This document shows, one piece after another, positions 21,543 to 34,078 of a DNA stretch of 64,000 nt (the first letter of the stretch is position 1; each line of letters opens with the position of its first letter). Below the pieces are notes generated by a model, which had not been told where the DNA came from, did not search any database, and saw only the letters and a program-made list of their open reading frames with translations. Origin of the DNA: Takakia lepidozioides (taxonomy: Eukaryota > Plantae > Bryophyta); contig CM060732.1 in NCBI GenBank assembly GCA_030704615.1, forward strand, positions 38,006,001-38,070,000, written 5' to 3'. The translations under genes were made by a program, and so were the position numbers.

Positions 21543-24500
21543 ATGAAGTCAGAAAAGAGAAGAGAGAGTCAAGGATTCAGGAACTGTTTACGTCCGCGGG
21601 GATCGGCTGAAAGGCCCTGGAAAGGAGACAGCAAAGAGCGACTCGAGATATGGGCTTGGAGTTCCATGGATCATCTCCACATGAATCATCCCGAATTGAT
21701 TCGCACTGGAAGATCCTTGTCTTTTCTTGACAATAATGTGGATCCTGCAACAAAACTACCGGAGAATTCAGAAGTGCGTCCACAAGATGATGATGTCAGG
21801 GAAATGTGGTTTGGCAAAGAGTATGTACTGGACCCCGTGCTGGCGAATTCTCTAGGTGTGCGAACAATGGAAGAGGAAACAGCAACTTGGGGCTCTTTTT
21901 CTAACGTCCTCCAGCTCGATCCCCTGCTGACGCATTCTCTAGGTGTGCAATCAATGGAAGAGGTCTTGGAGACAGCAACTTGGGGCTCTGTTTCCGACGT
22001 CCTCCAGCGAGATCAGCCGCTGTTGCAGGATTCAGTAAGCGTCAGCATGTCAAACGCCATGCCGAACCACGTGATTTGTATTGAGGATGACATTAACGAA
22101 TGCATGGAAGTATACCAAAATGGTGAACTTGTGGATCAACAGTCCTCTTCCTCTAAGATTCAGGTTTCTTCAGGCCGGGAGGATGCACAAAGACCTATTA
22201 CTGCGGTCCAAGGCCAATGGGTGGGCGGGAAAATATTCGACACGGTGACAATAGTTCAGGGGCTCTCACCAATGGATCACGGAGAGAAGACTGAATCCGT
22301 GGGTCCCGTCATGCAAGCTGCACCGAAGCTTTCTCAAACTCCCATTCTGTTGGTTCACAGTACGGACAATTCAGCTTCTATAGCTTACGGAAAGATGCTA
22401 CAACAACATGTTGAAGTGGGTGTACTTGGCATTGAAACCTCTGAGACGCAAGTGGTACATGAAGAAGCCAAAATGTCGAGCTATACCAAGAAGCTAAAAT
22501 TACCCAAGGGGGTGAAACGGTAGGGGACTCAAAACGTCCAGTATTGGGTGCCGATGTGCTTTGCAGGCCAGTGCTATCGAATATCTTTAGATCTTACCTA
22601 CTTAATACTCCGTACAGCTCCACGGTTTCGAGCACAACAAATACCGCAGAAGGGAAAGCACCAGCCGACTTTGAACGTTTTTCTGAAATTAACTTGTCCA
22701 AATGTGTTGCAGCCGCTGGGATGGGAAAAAACATCTTTATGAGGCCAACTATCCAGCCCCAGACGGGAAAAGAGGTACATGTAGCAAGTGTTTGTACCTG
22801 AAGACTGATCCAAAATTATGTAGTGCAATTCATTCAAAATTTACACTCTACAGACTTTTAGAATCGAAGGCATTTTTGTGACATATCCTGCATACATGTA
22901 TCTTCGATAGCTTCTAGATGCGTTGGGGCACAAACATTTAAAAGTAGCTGTGCAGAACTTACTCATTTGAATCTCCTGGAACATGTGATTGTTGCTCCTT
23001 GCTAACTGTACTGGTGGCGATGGCATATTTATTGGCCCTGAATGTTCAAATTTGCAAACGGACCTCAAAATTCAGTCTACCTAGGTGAGATCTCAATCCT
23101 GTTCAGTAGTGCTCGACCAACGAAATTTCAGGACTTGTACTGTGGGTCCACACTGCACGGATCAGCTAGACTTGTTCATGTTTAGCACATCTCTCCTATG
23201 AGCCTTTCCATAAGAGATGAAAATTTGTGCAGTCCTCTGATCTATGTACATTTCTTTGCAGGCGGTGACTTTCCAACAGCGGAAGCAGCTGCGGATGCGT
23301 ATAATCTTTTGGCGCTTAGACTCCAAGGGAAGGATGCAGCTATTGACACATTCTACCCGGTAGGCACTCAGAACCCCAAACCACATAATCTAGAAGAATA
23401 ATTAGATAACGTACACATGAACTGTATCTTGTCACTTGGTGATGCTCAAATGAGCACTAGATTCACATTCGCCGGCCAAGGGAGGGATTATGTTTTGAGA
23501 TCCAACTGTAAACTTAAGCTGCTTGGATCAGCTTTCTCAGATATTGTTGAATGGACCTCAGTCCAAACCTCAAAAGCGACATCAAAGCTGAGAAATTTTG
23601 GGGTGCCTAATTATGAAGATGAGTCAACATGGCAACGAGGCTGACTCTTTATGAGATTTGATTGTGGCCTTCAAAATATTTCTGTAGGCCACAAAGTATG
23701 ACGAAGACTTGACGATGTGGGATGGGCGGCATCTCATGGATCTGGTTTGCAACTTGCGGAACAGGTAAAAGCACATTTGATATTAGTTCAGAAGTACAAG
23801 TGAAGTGATGATAATTTATCCTCAACACTACTGGATGATGGGTACATCATCAATGCATAAAACAATTCTCCGAGCGATGTGTATTCTGATTTGATCGGGC
23901 AACTCTTATTTCTGTCCATAAAAAGCATGTGCCAGATGAGCATATCAGTTGAAGTATTCTGGAAAAGAGGGTTTGTGCACATGATTCTGGGACCTTATAT
24001 CTCTAGAGAAGATTCGCAGTTCTCAATCAATCATTTAGTAATCTACCGTACAGACGTCATTTAATTTTGAAACAAAGTTCGGGCTCGGGTTTGCTGCGAT
24101 GCTACTGAGAGCTCTAGCGACTTATTTACGCAGATGGAGGATCTTCCCCGACGGATCTCCAGACTACAAGAACGTACACCGGTAAGGTCGAACGCAGATC
24201 CCAATTCGTGATGATTCATGCGCCATTTAACACACTTAACTCAACTAATTTTGATACGATAACAATACCGATCGAGTCATCCCAAAGGATGAACGTCTCT
24301 TCTAATTCTATCTATCTGTCTTATGCATGCAGGCGCGTCTCTCGAACAAAGGGTATGAGATTCGAGGGACGCCTGAGCTGTAAAGATGGGCAAAAGTTCT
24401 CATGTAAATCATTTGGTGAGCTATGCGCGACTTGTACACTCAACTCTAACAACAAAATCACTTGAATACAAGAGAAATCGTAATTATGCAATCGCGCCGG

Positions 24501-24748
24501 GCAAGGGGTCGAATATTTTTCATCAATGGGCCTTACCTTTGACACATTCTAACCAACTGCATATATTTATGGGATTCATCTGTTTGACTGCAGACACAGC
24601 TGAGGAAGCGGCAGTGTATGCTGACAAGATTGCATGCTTGAACAAAGGCTGGTATGCTTGGACAAATTTTGCACCGAGTTCTTACCATCACGACTTGCCC
24701 ATAGACTTTTTGCCAGCTACGGACAACAGGAGGGGATGTCAGGAATAA
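21543..24748 (+). CDS. Diverged double-AP2-domain transcription factor gene with a long N-terminal region
   Basis: Exons 21543-22519 (...PKGVKR), 22713-22774 (RWDGKKHLYEANY), 23076-23084 (VYL microexon, cag|TCTACCTAG|gtgag), 23262-23359 (GGDFPTAEAAADAYNLLALRL), 23688-23764 (linker), 24134-24181, 24333-24415 and 24594-24748 (DTAEEAAVYAD...TNF). All are GT-AG and splice in frame. Confidence 0.85.
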
Positions 24749-25049
24749 ATGGTGGCGAACATAAACTTTAAAAAGGTGGAACCTGCAGACAATCATTGAA
24801 CTTTCAGATGCACAATTCAGATTGTAGCAGCAGAGAAGAAATCTCACTGCAGGCAAGCAGGACATTGGCGGCGAGAGAACAATACTTCTTACATATGACA
24901 GTTCCATACTAAAGATCTGTGGGCAAACATGAGGGGTTAGACTACATAGGATCTCTGGGGTTTCACATACAACAGCCTAACAGCACAAGACTTGAGCTAG
25001 GAAGTGCATCAAGCTTTCCCTTCACGGGATACAAATGGTGTTCATGGTC

Positions 25050-27945
25050 CAAGACCTTGGAGTATAGAGAATCCTTGTGGTCATCATAGCTAATCACTCC
25101 ATTAATCTTGACAGACCTTATGCTAGATCTCACAATTCTCAATAGTCAGACCATTCAATGCAAAATTCTACGTTTACAGCAACATTCACAAGGATTTTAT
25201 GCCGTTCATGAGCTTCTTAGCTTCTCGGGCAATAGTCAATGGCTTAATAGTGAGTGCATATAATCCCTCAACATGACTCTCCTAGAGCTGAAAAGAATCT
25301 ACACGGCCACTTCGAGATTTTGAGCATCAAGGTCTGCTCATGCAGTTAGGATGTTGTTGTTTGCAGCTCCCTATAGTAAGATATGATGTACACTGAAAAT
25401 ACTTGAGGATTCGCTTCAAGGCAACGCAATGTGCTCGTGTAGGAGGAGTATTTGGCAGCATTAGGGACCGCATATGGAATACTGCCAAACTTGTGCCAAA
25501 TTGGCAAATGCAATGCTTCCAAGAATTTGTTGATAGAAAAAAATTGTCTCAACATTCTTCAGTTATGGACAATGACTGAATTAGCATCCTTAGGCCGAAC
25601 TTAACAGTGTGCTCAATATACAGTTATAAGTTAATGATCTAAGAAAAGAAGACGAAGAGCTGATGCGCACATTAACATAGCAATGGGGAGCTCCCGACTT
25701 TATCTCAAAAACATCATCCATGGCAGCAATGGTTTGTTGGATGCATGAAATACTGATACTGTGTCATCAACAAATATAGTGATGAGCAATTGAGGCTTAC
25801 TAGGATTGCCGAAATATATGCAAGGGTACTGTATTGTACTTGGTATGAGATGATGTGTGACCAGAAAATCATGCATTAAAGCGTTGATTCCATTCTCTCG
25901 AAGCCTGCTTGGACTTTCGTACCCTAGAGCCTGGTCCATTTAATCTCCTCGTCAACTTTGCTATAGAAAAAAGCAGTCTCGACATCGAATCGCAAGCACC
26001 ATGTGCAACTTGCCAGTACGTCCTCTATGGTGTTGCTAAAACATCGTGCGGATGGAATCAAAACGTGTCACTGGTGCATATGTTTCATGATCTAGTCAAT
26101 TCCCTCTCGTTGTGTAAAATCTTAATTAGTCACAACTCTAGCCTTGAATTGATCAATTGAGCCATCGGACTTCAATTTTAGCTTATACACCCATTTGCAA
26201 TTTACATGAGCATGTCAACGTCTTTGTGGCAAACCACTCAGTAGTGTCTAGGTTTCATCCTTAATCTAAGAATCAAACTCATTAGTCATGGCCATTTGTC
26301 ACTGTGCAACGGGCTTAGATTGTGTGGCCTAATAGTACGTTTGCGGTTCATCTGGCATCTCAATTGATTGAGCAAGCTGTGCATTTGGAGCTGCTTGATT
26401 AGGATAGACCCATTCACTGTATCGAGTGGTGGCCGCTTCCTGCTGCGATGTGGTAGTGGTGGCACCATGGCCATGTCCGTAAGTGTAAGACTTTGTTGTC
26501 ACGGCGCTACAACTTCGTTTGCAGGCTCAAGTTCAACTAGGTACCAATTAGTGATGCTGGAAGATTGTCATTTATATCGGCTAGAGCTTCCTCTTCTGTG
26601 GCATCACGGTGATTGTTCATAAGCTCCACATTTGTTGGATAAAGGGCTCCAGAGTCCAATGAGTATAACTTGATCGCCAACAGACTCCATTTTACTGTGA
26701 TGTCGTAGCTCTTGTGGAGTGATTCAAAAGAACTTACGTCTCTCACTATGATAACACAATTTCTTTCTGTGTCCCAAACACGATATGCTTTGCTTTCGTC
26801 TAAGTATCGACAAAGAAATATTCCTCAAGATTTTGCAACAACGAACTTCTTGCTTACAACTTTAAAGAATATGGACATAAGCATCACACTCGCATACCTT
26901 AATATGCTCCACCGGTGGCTTTATTCATGACTATGCTTCGAATGGCTTTGTTCCTTGAAGCTTTCTCGTGTTGGTCTTGGTTGGAAAAAGAGAGAAAACT
27001 CTTACCGAAGCCGGCGTAATTAAGAGCCACTTCGCCTCACGGCTACTACCCCTTTCAGGAGTGGGCCCTATAAAGAAACAGGTGTCCAGGGGACACCGGA
27101 TAACCAAGGGGAAGTAGTAGATAGGACAACGGTACTTAGGATACCAAGGTACCCTGGGTATCGCAGATGGATTGGACTCGAGTTGCTGCTTATTGGTTAT
27201 GGTAGTTGTTAGGGAGCGAAGCGCAATGAGGTGAATGGCCTTAAAGCATTTGTGGATGGGGGGTATGGGGACTTTAAGATTATCATGTAACGCGTTTATA
27301 CTGGCAAGATGAATCATCTCTAGTATCGGCTATGATGACCGGTGCGCCAACCACGTTGACGGATAGCGAGGATGAGGGAGACATATTTTTGTCATTTCTC
27401 TAAGGTGGAGGAGGCTGGGTACCAGTCATGACAGTATGTGAATTCAACGAAGTGAATAGTGAGTTATGGGGAGGGGAAGTGGGTAGGGGGCATTGATGGG
27501 AAGCCTGGTAGGAAATAAATGGTTGTGTTGACCACCTCACCCTAGACCTTTGGGGGGACATTTTTATGATGAAACATGCTCGTAATGCACTCCACAATGG
27601 TGTGGTTCTCCCTTTCTGCAGTTCCATTCTGCTCAAGTTGTAAAAAATTAATAGTTCATGTCGAATGTTCTCATTGTTGAGAAACTGCTCAAAATGCCTT
27701 ATGTAAGAATTATCCACCACGGTCGCTTCTCTGTATACAAATGTGATGCCGAGTATATGTATGAATGTGTCAAACCACTGTTTGAAAGCAAGACAGAACT
27801 TCTGATAAATTCTTTTGAATACCAAAAATGATACGATAGGTTGTGCTATCATCCTTGAACACTACATAGTACTTAGCTCCACCAACAGAATTGACATCCA
27901 TTGGACCACACATGTGTGTGTGCAGAATTTCTCCCAGTGTTGTTT
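25050..27945 (-). mobile_element. Highly degenerate Ty1/Copia pol remnant (integrase-RT), interrupted by unrelated sequence at ~26930-27530
   Basis: HTHMCGPMDVNSVGGAKYYVVFKDD (integrase); DESKAYRVWD; CKWVYKLK...FKARVV...ETYAPV (RT). Confidence 0.85.
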
Positions 27946-28553
27946 TTGTTTGCCAATAAGCGATTCTTTCTACCTCAACGACGCAATGGCGTGAGCCTTG
28001 CGCGTGAGCGCGCGAGCGTACGATCACGCAGGAGTGACGTGGCGTGAGCGTCATGTCAGCATGTTGATGTGGCGGCAAATGATGACGTGGCACTGCCACG
28101 TCAGCATTAACATGCGCCGCCTATAACCGAGGATGGTCCTATGACCGTGGAATTAATGCAGGGAATCTTGCCTTAATACAATCAAGACTATCATGAGGCC
28201 TACAATTGTAGCATCCAACATTGTGCAATTACAAATGTTTGTTTCACTTTTACAATTACGAGGACGAGAAATTATCCTCACAAAGTGTGCGACATAGAGG
28301 CTGTCATGGGAAGACCTTCATCCCTCCTCAAATAACAATGAGAGTTAGGATCATCTTCAAAAGATGATTGCAGTGCATAGCGACAGCAAGACATGTAGAC
28401 TTCGAACGGTGCAATGACAAATGTGCTTTTAAAAGTTGCCACTCAGAGCTCACTCAGTATAGTTGGAAGCCATATCATTGCACCGCCGACGAATTGATGT
28501 GAATTACACATTTCAAATCATGGTCGTCCACATATCACATTGCATAGTTGATG

Positions 28554-31500
28554 CTACCCATGTGTTGTATCCCGCTGCAATAGAGTATCGACCTCGTTGA
28601 AACTCAGAGTGGCCTGGTGAATGAAGTTGTCACGTTTGGGATCGCAAACCATCCTCTTCAAAAATATGAAATACAAATGTTTGCAGGGTATGAATTTACC
28701 TCTCTTGCCCAAACTGGTTGATAGCATATTCACAAAATCAGGACATGTGCAATTGGGGAAATTGGAAACCGTGATGTCGTAGGTCCTGTCATGAACAGCA
28801 GATGTGGAAGTGATGATTATGAACACTCGACCATATCCTGGATCGGGCACTTCCGTGGTGCTTCCAACACGAGCTTGGAGCATTCTTGCGGACTCCACTT
28901 TGCTAAAGTGTTCAGCGGTTGGAGGGAAACGAGTGGGTGTCGCGGCCCTTTGCCTCAAGGGCGGGGGGGGGGGGGGGGGGGGGGTCAGGACACAAGAGGG
29001 GGCGCCCCTGTGGTGGGGGCAGCGGCAGCAGTAGGAATGGGGGCTGAAGCACCCTCGAGGACGGAAGGCGCTCAAGGGGGCGGAGGCGCTCACTAGGGGG
29101 AGCCTCGCAAGCGGGGTTTGCGGTGGGGGCTCCGAGCGGGGGTGGTCGTAGCATAGGGAGTCGTAGTGGGGGTGGCATAGGACTCACCGTGGGGCTGAAG
29201 CCTTGTGGTGGGAGTTGTGGAGCTTTCCATCTCGTTTGGTTAGCCACAAGTCAGGATTTGCCGGGGGGACCCGAAAGGACGCAGAAGTAGTAGCACATGC
29301 ATGTAGTTGGGGTTGTCTCGCAAAGGAAAAGTCTGCCTCCTCCAGCATTTCAATCTCCTAAAATGTGATATGTGTTCCCACCTTCACGGGCCAAACGGTT
29401 GGAGGAGATGGCTTCATCACTACGGAAGGACGCACAGTTCCATACACACATCTGGCACAATCATCTGCGCAGAACTAGAACTTGTGGTTCTTGGCTTCTG
29501 GTTGACCGTATGGACGCATCAAACCCATGAATGTCGGAGCAGGAGTTTGGGCACCACCTCTGGATATAGATGAAGTGCATTTCTCGAAATTAGTTGCCCT
29601 GATCGCTGTACATTTCACACGAGACCCTGCACTTGTGCGTTCTATGTGCCAAACATGGTCGGGGCATACGGACTCAAGCACATCAAGGGGGTTGTTTCTC
29701 TCCTGCACCATTTCATAGGTAGTGTTTGATGCTGGAGCCTGCCGTCGTGTTGGAGGTTCTTCCAGAATGGAGGTTCCGGACATGGAGCTGTCATGCAGGG
29801 GAACACGAGGCTTCGAGAAGTTATCACAATCTGCCCTGTGCGAATCGGAATCCGAACCAAGTGGAGTGTTCAATTTCCTCTTACACGAGCCGAATCTCTC
29901 ATCCCCTTCAAGATGTGGAACTCTAGAAACAAGCGGCATTCCCTGGGCATACATGCTCACCGCCCGTGCTATCTTGATTGGATCCCCAGATCTGTTTGCA
30001 GCACGCAACATCAATTCCAATTTGTCCGGACCCTTGCCACCAACCCCACCTCGCAAGAAATCACGGTATCGGGTTTGTTGTTGCAAGGCACATATCAAAT
30101 CATCTGTTGTTGCCACATACAAATCCCGACCTCATTTCCCATATTGCTGCAATCATGCGTTGTGCACAGTTTCTGCCAAATTGCAAGATGGCATGTCCGC
30201 CATTTCCTCAATGGACATGTTCTGCAAAGTGGAGAACCACACTTCAAAACAATGAACAGGAAACAATATAAAGAAAGCAAGGAGACAATAAAATGGAAAG
30301 TAAATGTATGAATAAAGCAAGAAATATAAGCCTCGTACCACTGCCATGGCTGCTCCCCACTGTCTATACCGGAAGTGCCAAAACGCCAGCCAATCTTTCA
30401 ATGCTCTCATACTATCAAGTGATGCAGCTCCAAAAGAGAACCACCAGACACGAATTGTTTGGAACAAAGTGTCCGCCTCCTTCATTGTTCTAGCATCTTT
30501 GTACTTTTTGCACAATTTACGGTGATGAGTCTGCATCTCTGGTTTGATGTCCGACTTTGTATGTTTTTCCAGAGATTGTGTCCAATGGAATAGACATGTA
30601 CGCTCTCTTCCTCACATTGGCACTTTTGGGTCGCCTGATCCGAAGACAATTCGAACAGCATTGAAATTTGCTTGAGCACTATCCGCCATGAAACCTGCGA
30701 AATTTGGAGATTCACCCCATGGTAGCCCATAACACGTATCAGGGAATTCCACATGAGCTTCTGGGATTCCGTATCCTCGGATTGCATGTCACAAACTGCA
30801 ATTGTCATAACTGCAATTGTTGGTACACTGGATCGTAGACATGACAAGCCATTGTTGTCCAATCCTTCACTCGTTTCACATGATCAAACATAAGAAAACA
30901 GTTCTGCAAGTCCCCAGTCTTCTGCATCCGCTTCACGAGGCTAACCCCACTGCCCTCCCCAACAGTCGACATTTTGAAAAGAAAAAATTTGATGGCACCT
31001 TGACTTGGGAATACATTGTCCTGGATGTAATCGTACTTGCTCAGTCGTTTCAACTCCAAAATGTTGTCTATGTAGCCTCTGATACCAGAGCCCATTCTTA
31101 ATGCATTGATCTGATGCCGAATGTTAGGTGAACTCGAATTGGAGAAATGATCCATGACTAGGTCCAATGCTGCACCGTCAAGTTTAGTCCCCACAGAATC
31201 CTCTTCACTCAGAATATGGCTTTCCAAGAAGGACTTGCTTGCGCCAAGAGCAATTGCAGATGTTGTTGCGGATGGGTTTCTCCCGTACTCCTGTTTAATC
31301 AACCTCGATATTGTCTCAACACTCTCCCTGTAATCCTCCTTCGAGACAGGATGGTTATGGAATCCGAAATGCACAGAAGCTCTTGTCATTGTTTCAAACG
31401 GTGGACAACATAGTACATTCTTGCTCCGCACAGCGCCAGGCAGGATGGCACAAATTTGCAGAATTTGCAGACGAAAGTGTTTGCTGGTGGTGGGGCAGAC

Positions 31501-33250
31501 CCAGGCTGAAATGGATTTTCCGCCAGACCCTCCCACTTGCTTTGATTATGAACCCCAGACTGAAGAAAATGTCTGCAATTCAAATTATCACACCTAAGGT
31601 GTCTATTGCAAACTGTTCTCCTGAAAACAAGCTTGTCATCATTTTGAATATTGGATGTTTTTGTTCTACACCACGGGTGCCCATCGTGTTTCTTGTCCAT
31701 TCCATGCATCATGATTGTTACACCTCCAACTCGCGGAGGAGGAGGCAGCTCGAATAGGATATCGCCATCAAAAGTCTCTGGCAAGAACTTCACCGGCACC
31801 TGCTTCAAAGATTCCCAATCAATTCCTCACAACTCACTTTTGAAACCTGCCATTCCTCCCATCGCCCGTAGTTTTGGAATGACACTACAAATCTTTTCTT
31901 CATCCTCTTCTCCAACTACAGTAGGAAGGACTGGATTTGGAATTTCACTTATGTCATCATCGGACGAATCCGAAAGCTCAACGATTGGAGTGGAGGACGT
32001 CTGTTCTTTTTTCACCACCACCTCTCTCTTGTCTTCAACGACTGAAGCAGCAATCCCGGGCGTCACATATGATCCAAGGGACTTTCGCCGAGGCTCTCCA
32101 AGTACTCTGTATCGACCAGGGCGCACTCTCCACTGGCTGACATGAGCCGTCTCATCACGGTTTTGGAAAGAATGAGCAGAGAATATCGCGGAGGAAGCTC
32201 ACACGACGACTGTGCATATTCTGTTATTCCTTCCATGGAAACAGGAACAGAAAGGTTTTGAGCATTAGCGAACGGCGTTAACGACAATCACAAAATAGTG
32301 GGACCTGCCGGATCGGTATTGTGCAATGACGTATATGTCTAAGTAATTGGCGGCAACGACACTCAGTATAGTTTAGGGCAGACAGTAAATGCAGATAATT
32401 CACATAGACTCCATTGTGATGAACGTCGCAAACAATCACTGTTTCTTGTCTATGTCAAGAGTACTTTCCAATCGATACTCTATCTGAATCTACAGTATGG
32501 TCTCCAAATCTTTGATTGGCGGTACCGCCTTTCCACTTCTCTATCTGTTCAACCTCAAACAAAGAAAATGCATTGCAAAACAATATGAATGAATATGCCG
32601 ACCCTCACCCTCTCTTCAAGCATATAGGTACATAAATCTCATGAGGAGAATCGAATGGCGTTAACGACGCTCGCACTTCACTAGACTTCAATCACAGGTT
32701 CCTACTAAAGAAGGGCAGAGGAAGGACTGCTTGAAAGGCAATCAGACAGACTGTATGATCTGAACAACAATGAATGACGGTACCGTCAGTCACCCATTCA
32801 TTGTGTGAAAAACCCTTAACAGAGGAGTACAAAGCAAATCATCATTGTTTCATGGTGATGGTCGGTAGCGACAATCCCTTTCTAGGACATTGCACTCAAT
32901 CTCTTAGCAGATCTTCAACCATGAAATGGAAGTTAGAGAACACTTACTGGTGCCTTCTTAGGTTTTGAAATTGGATCCCCTTCTGCAGCTTTCCTCTTCC
33001 CTCTCACATCTGCTGGAATTTCTTTCTGCTCTAGGGTTTGTGGACCTTCTCCCGGTTCAGCATTCCCCGGACTTCCACCTCCTTCAGTTTCCCTGCGAAT
33101 CATCTCTGCATCCACAGACTGGTTTCCAACGCTCACTGTTATCGCCGACTGTGTCACAGCCGCTGCATCATTCTCGGTCTGCTCTTGTGATTCAGTCTCC
33201 GTGTTCACCTGCTGCCTTGGCCCAGTGTTCTCCAACAAACGACGCCTCGT
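28554..33250 (-). pseudogene. Mutator-type DDE transposase A (GCM/WRKY-like Zn module, DDE core, SWIM), intron-containing and frameshifted
   Basis: HDGHPWC...C..C...HFGFHNHP; MFDHVKRV (D1); FMADSAQAN (D2); CLFH (CxxH); CNLAETVH (E); NCTCPDF...PCKHLY (SWIM). 32933-33250 is a probable first exon. Confidence 0.85.
28938..29220 (+). mobile_element. Truncated GC-rich LTR inserted into transposase A just upstream of SWIM
   Basis: Starts TGTCGCGGCCCTTTGCC and matches the reverse complement of the LTRs at 41759-42484 and 61480-62216; contains a 22-G run. Confidence 0.85.
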
Positions 33251-34078
33251 CATTTGCTCTCTTGCTCTGCGTCTCTCTCTAAGGGAAGTAAAATAAAGAG
33301 ACTTCCTTCTCTTTCGTATAGTAGAAGGAACCCTCTCCAGCTTGACTACCACTCTCCCTCTAAGCGCGAAAACTAGAAAGACAAAGTGACTCTCGATTTC
33401 TTGCGGGATTGCGTGCATTGTGGCTTGTCTCTAGAAGCATCGGATTTCCTCTCGCGTGACCGTTACACATAGTCATTCCCTTATTAGTGCATCTACCAGC
33501 AATTAGTGTACAGCTGTTTGTATTCAATATAGTTATCGATGTTTGACGTGTGTCGCCCAAAATAAACGGCATGTTGTTTATTAGAACGGTTTCAATAATT
33601 TAAAATAACAACGAATCTCAGACATCTTAGCGCACAATCTTAGACAAATATATGTAAATGAACGAGTGTTTGATGACAAATTTTGGGATATCATACACAT
33701 TCATCCTTGTTAGCCAACCCCACGTCCGTTTCACAGTTTGAACTTTCCAGGTGCGCATGATCATTGGTAGTAGTATAAAGATGCATTTACTTAATCTGCT
33801 ATCCCACCCTCAGATCCTGTGACATGCTTCCAAGAAGTCGGCTTGTTATTGTGTTTATTGATGAGGTTCTGAATAAAGGTTTAACAGCTGCCAAAATTGC
33901 TCCTAGGGATACTCTGACCACAGGGCCCACAAAAAAAGTAATTAAAATGGACGGCTGCATGTTAGATGGTTCTGAATTTGTTTGACACCATTCATAGTGA
34001 GTTGAGACGAGACAGAGTGATGGTCGTTACCGCCGTTCACTATTTGCACATTACTCACAGTCAGATCTGAATGGCATC

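Noticed and set aside
28912-29247. Pro-rich ORFs (also 42160-42616 and 62058-62332) as genes
   Set aside because: They are translations of the GC-rich LTR.
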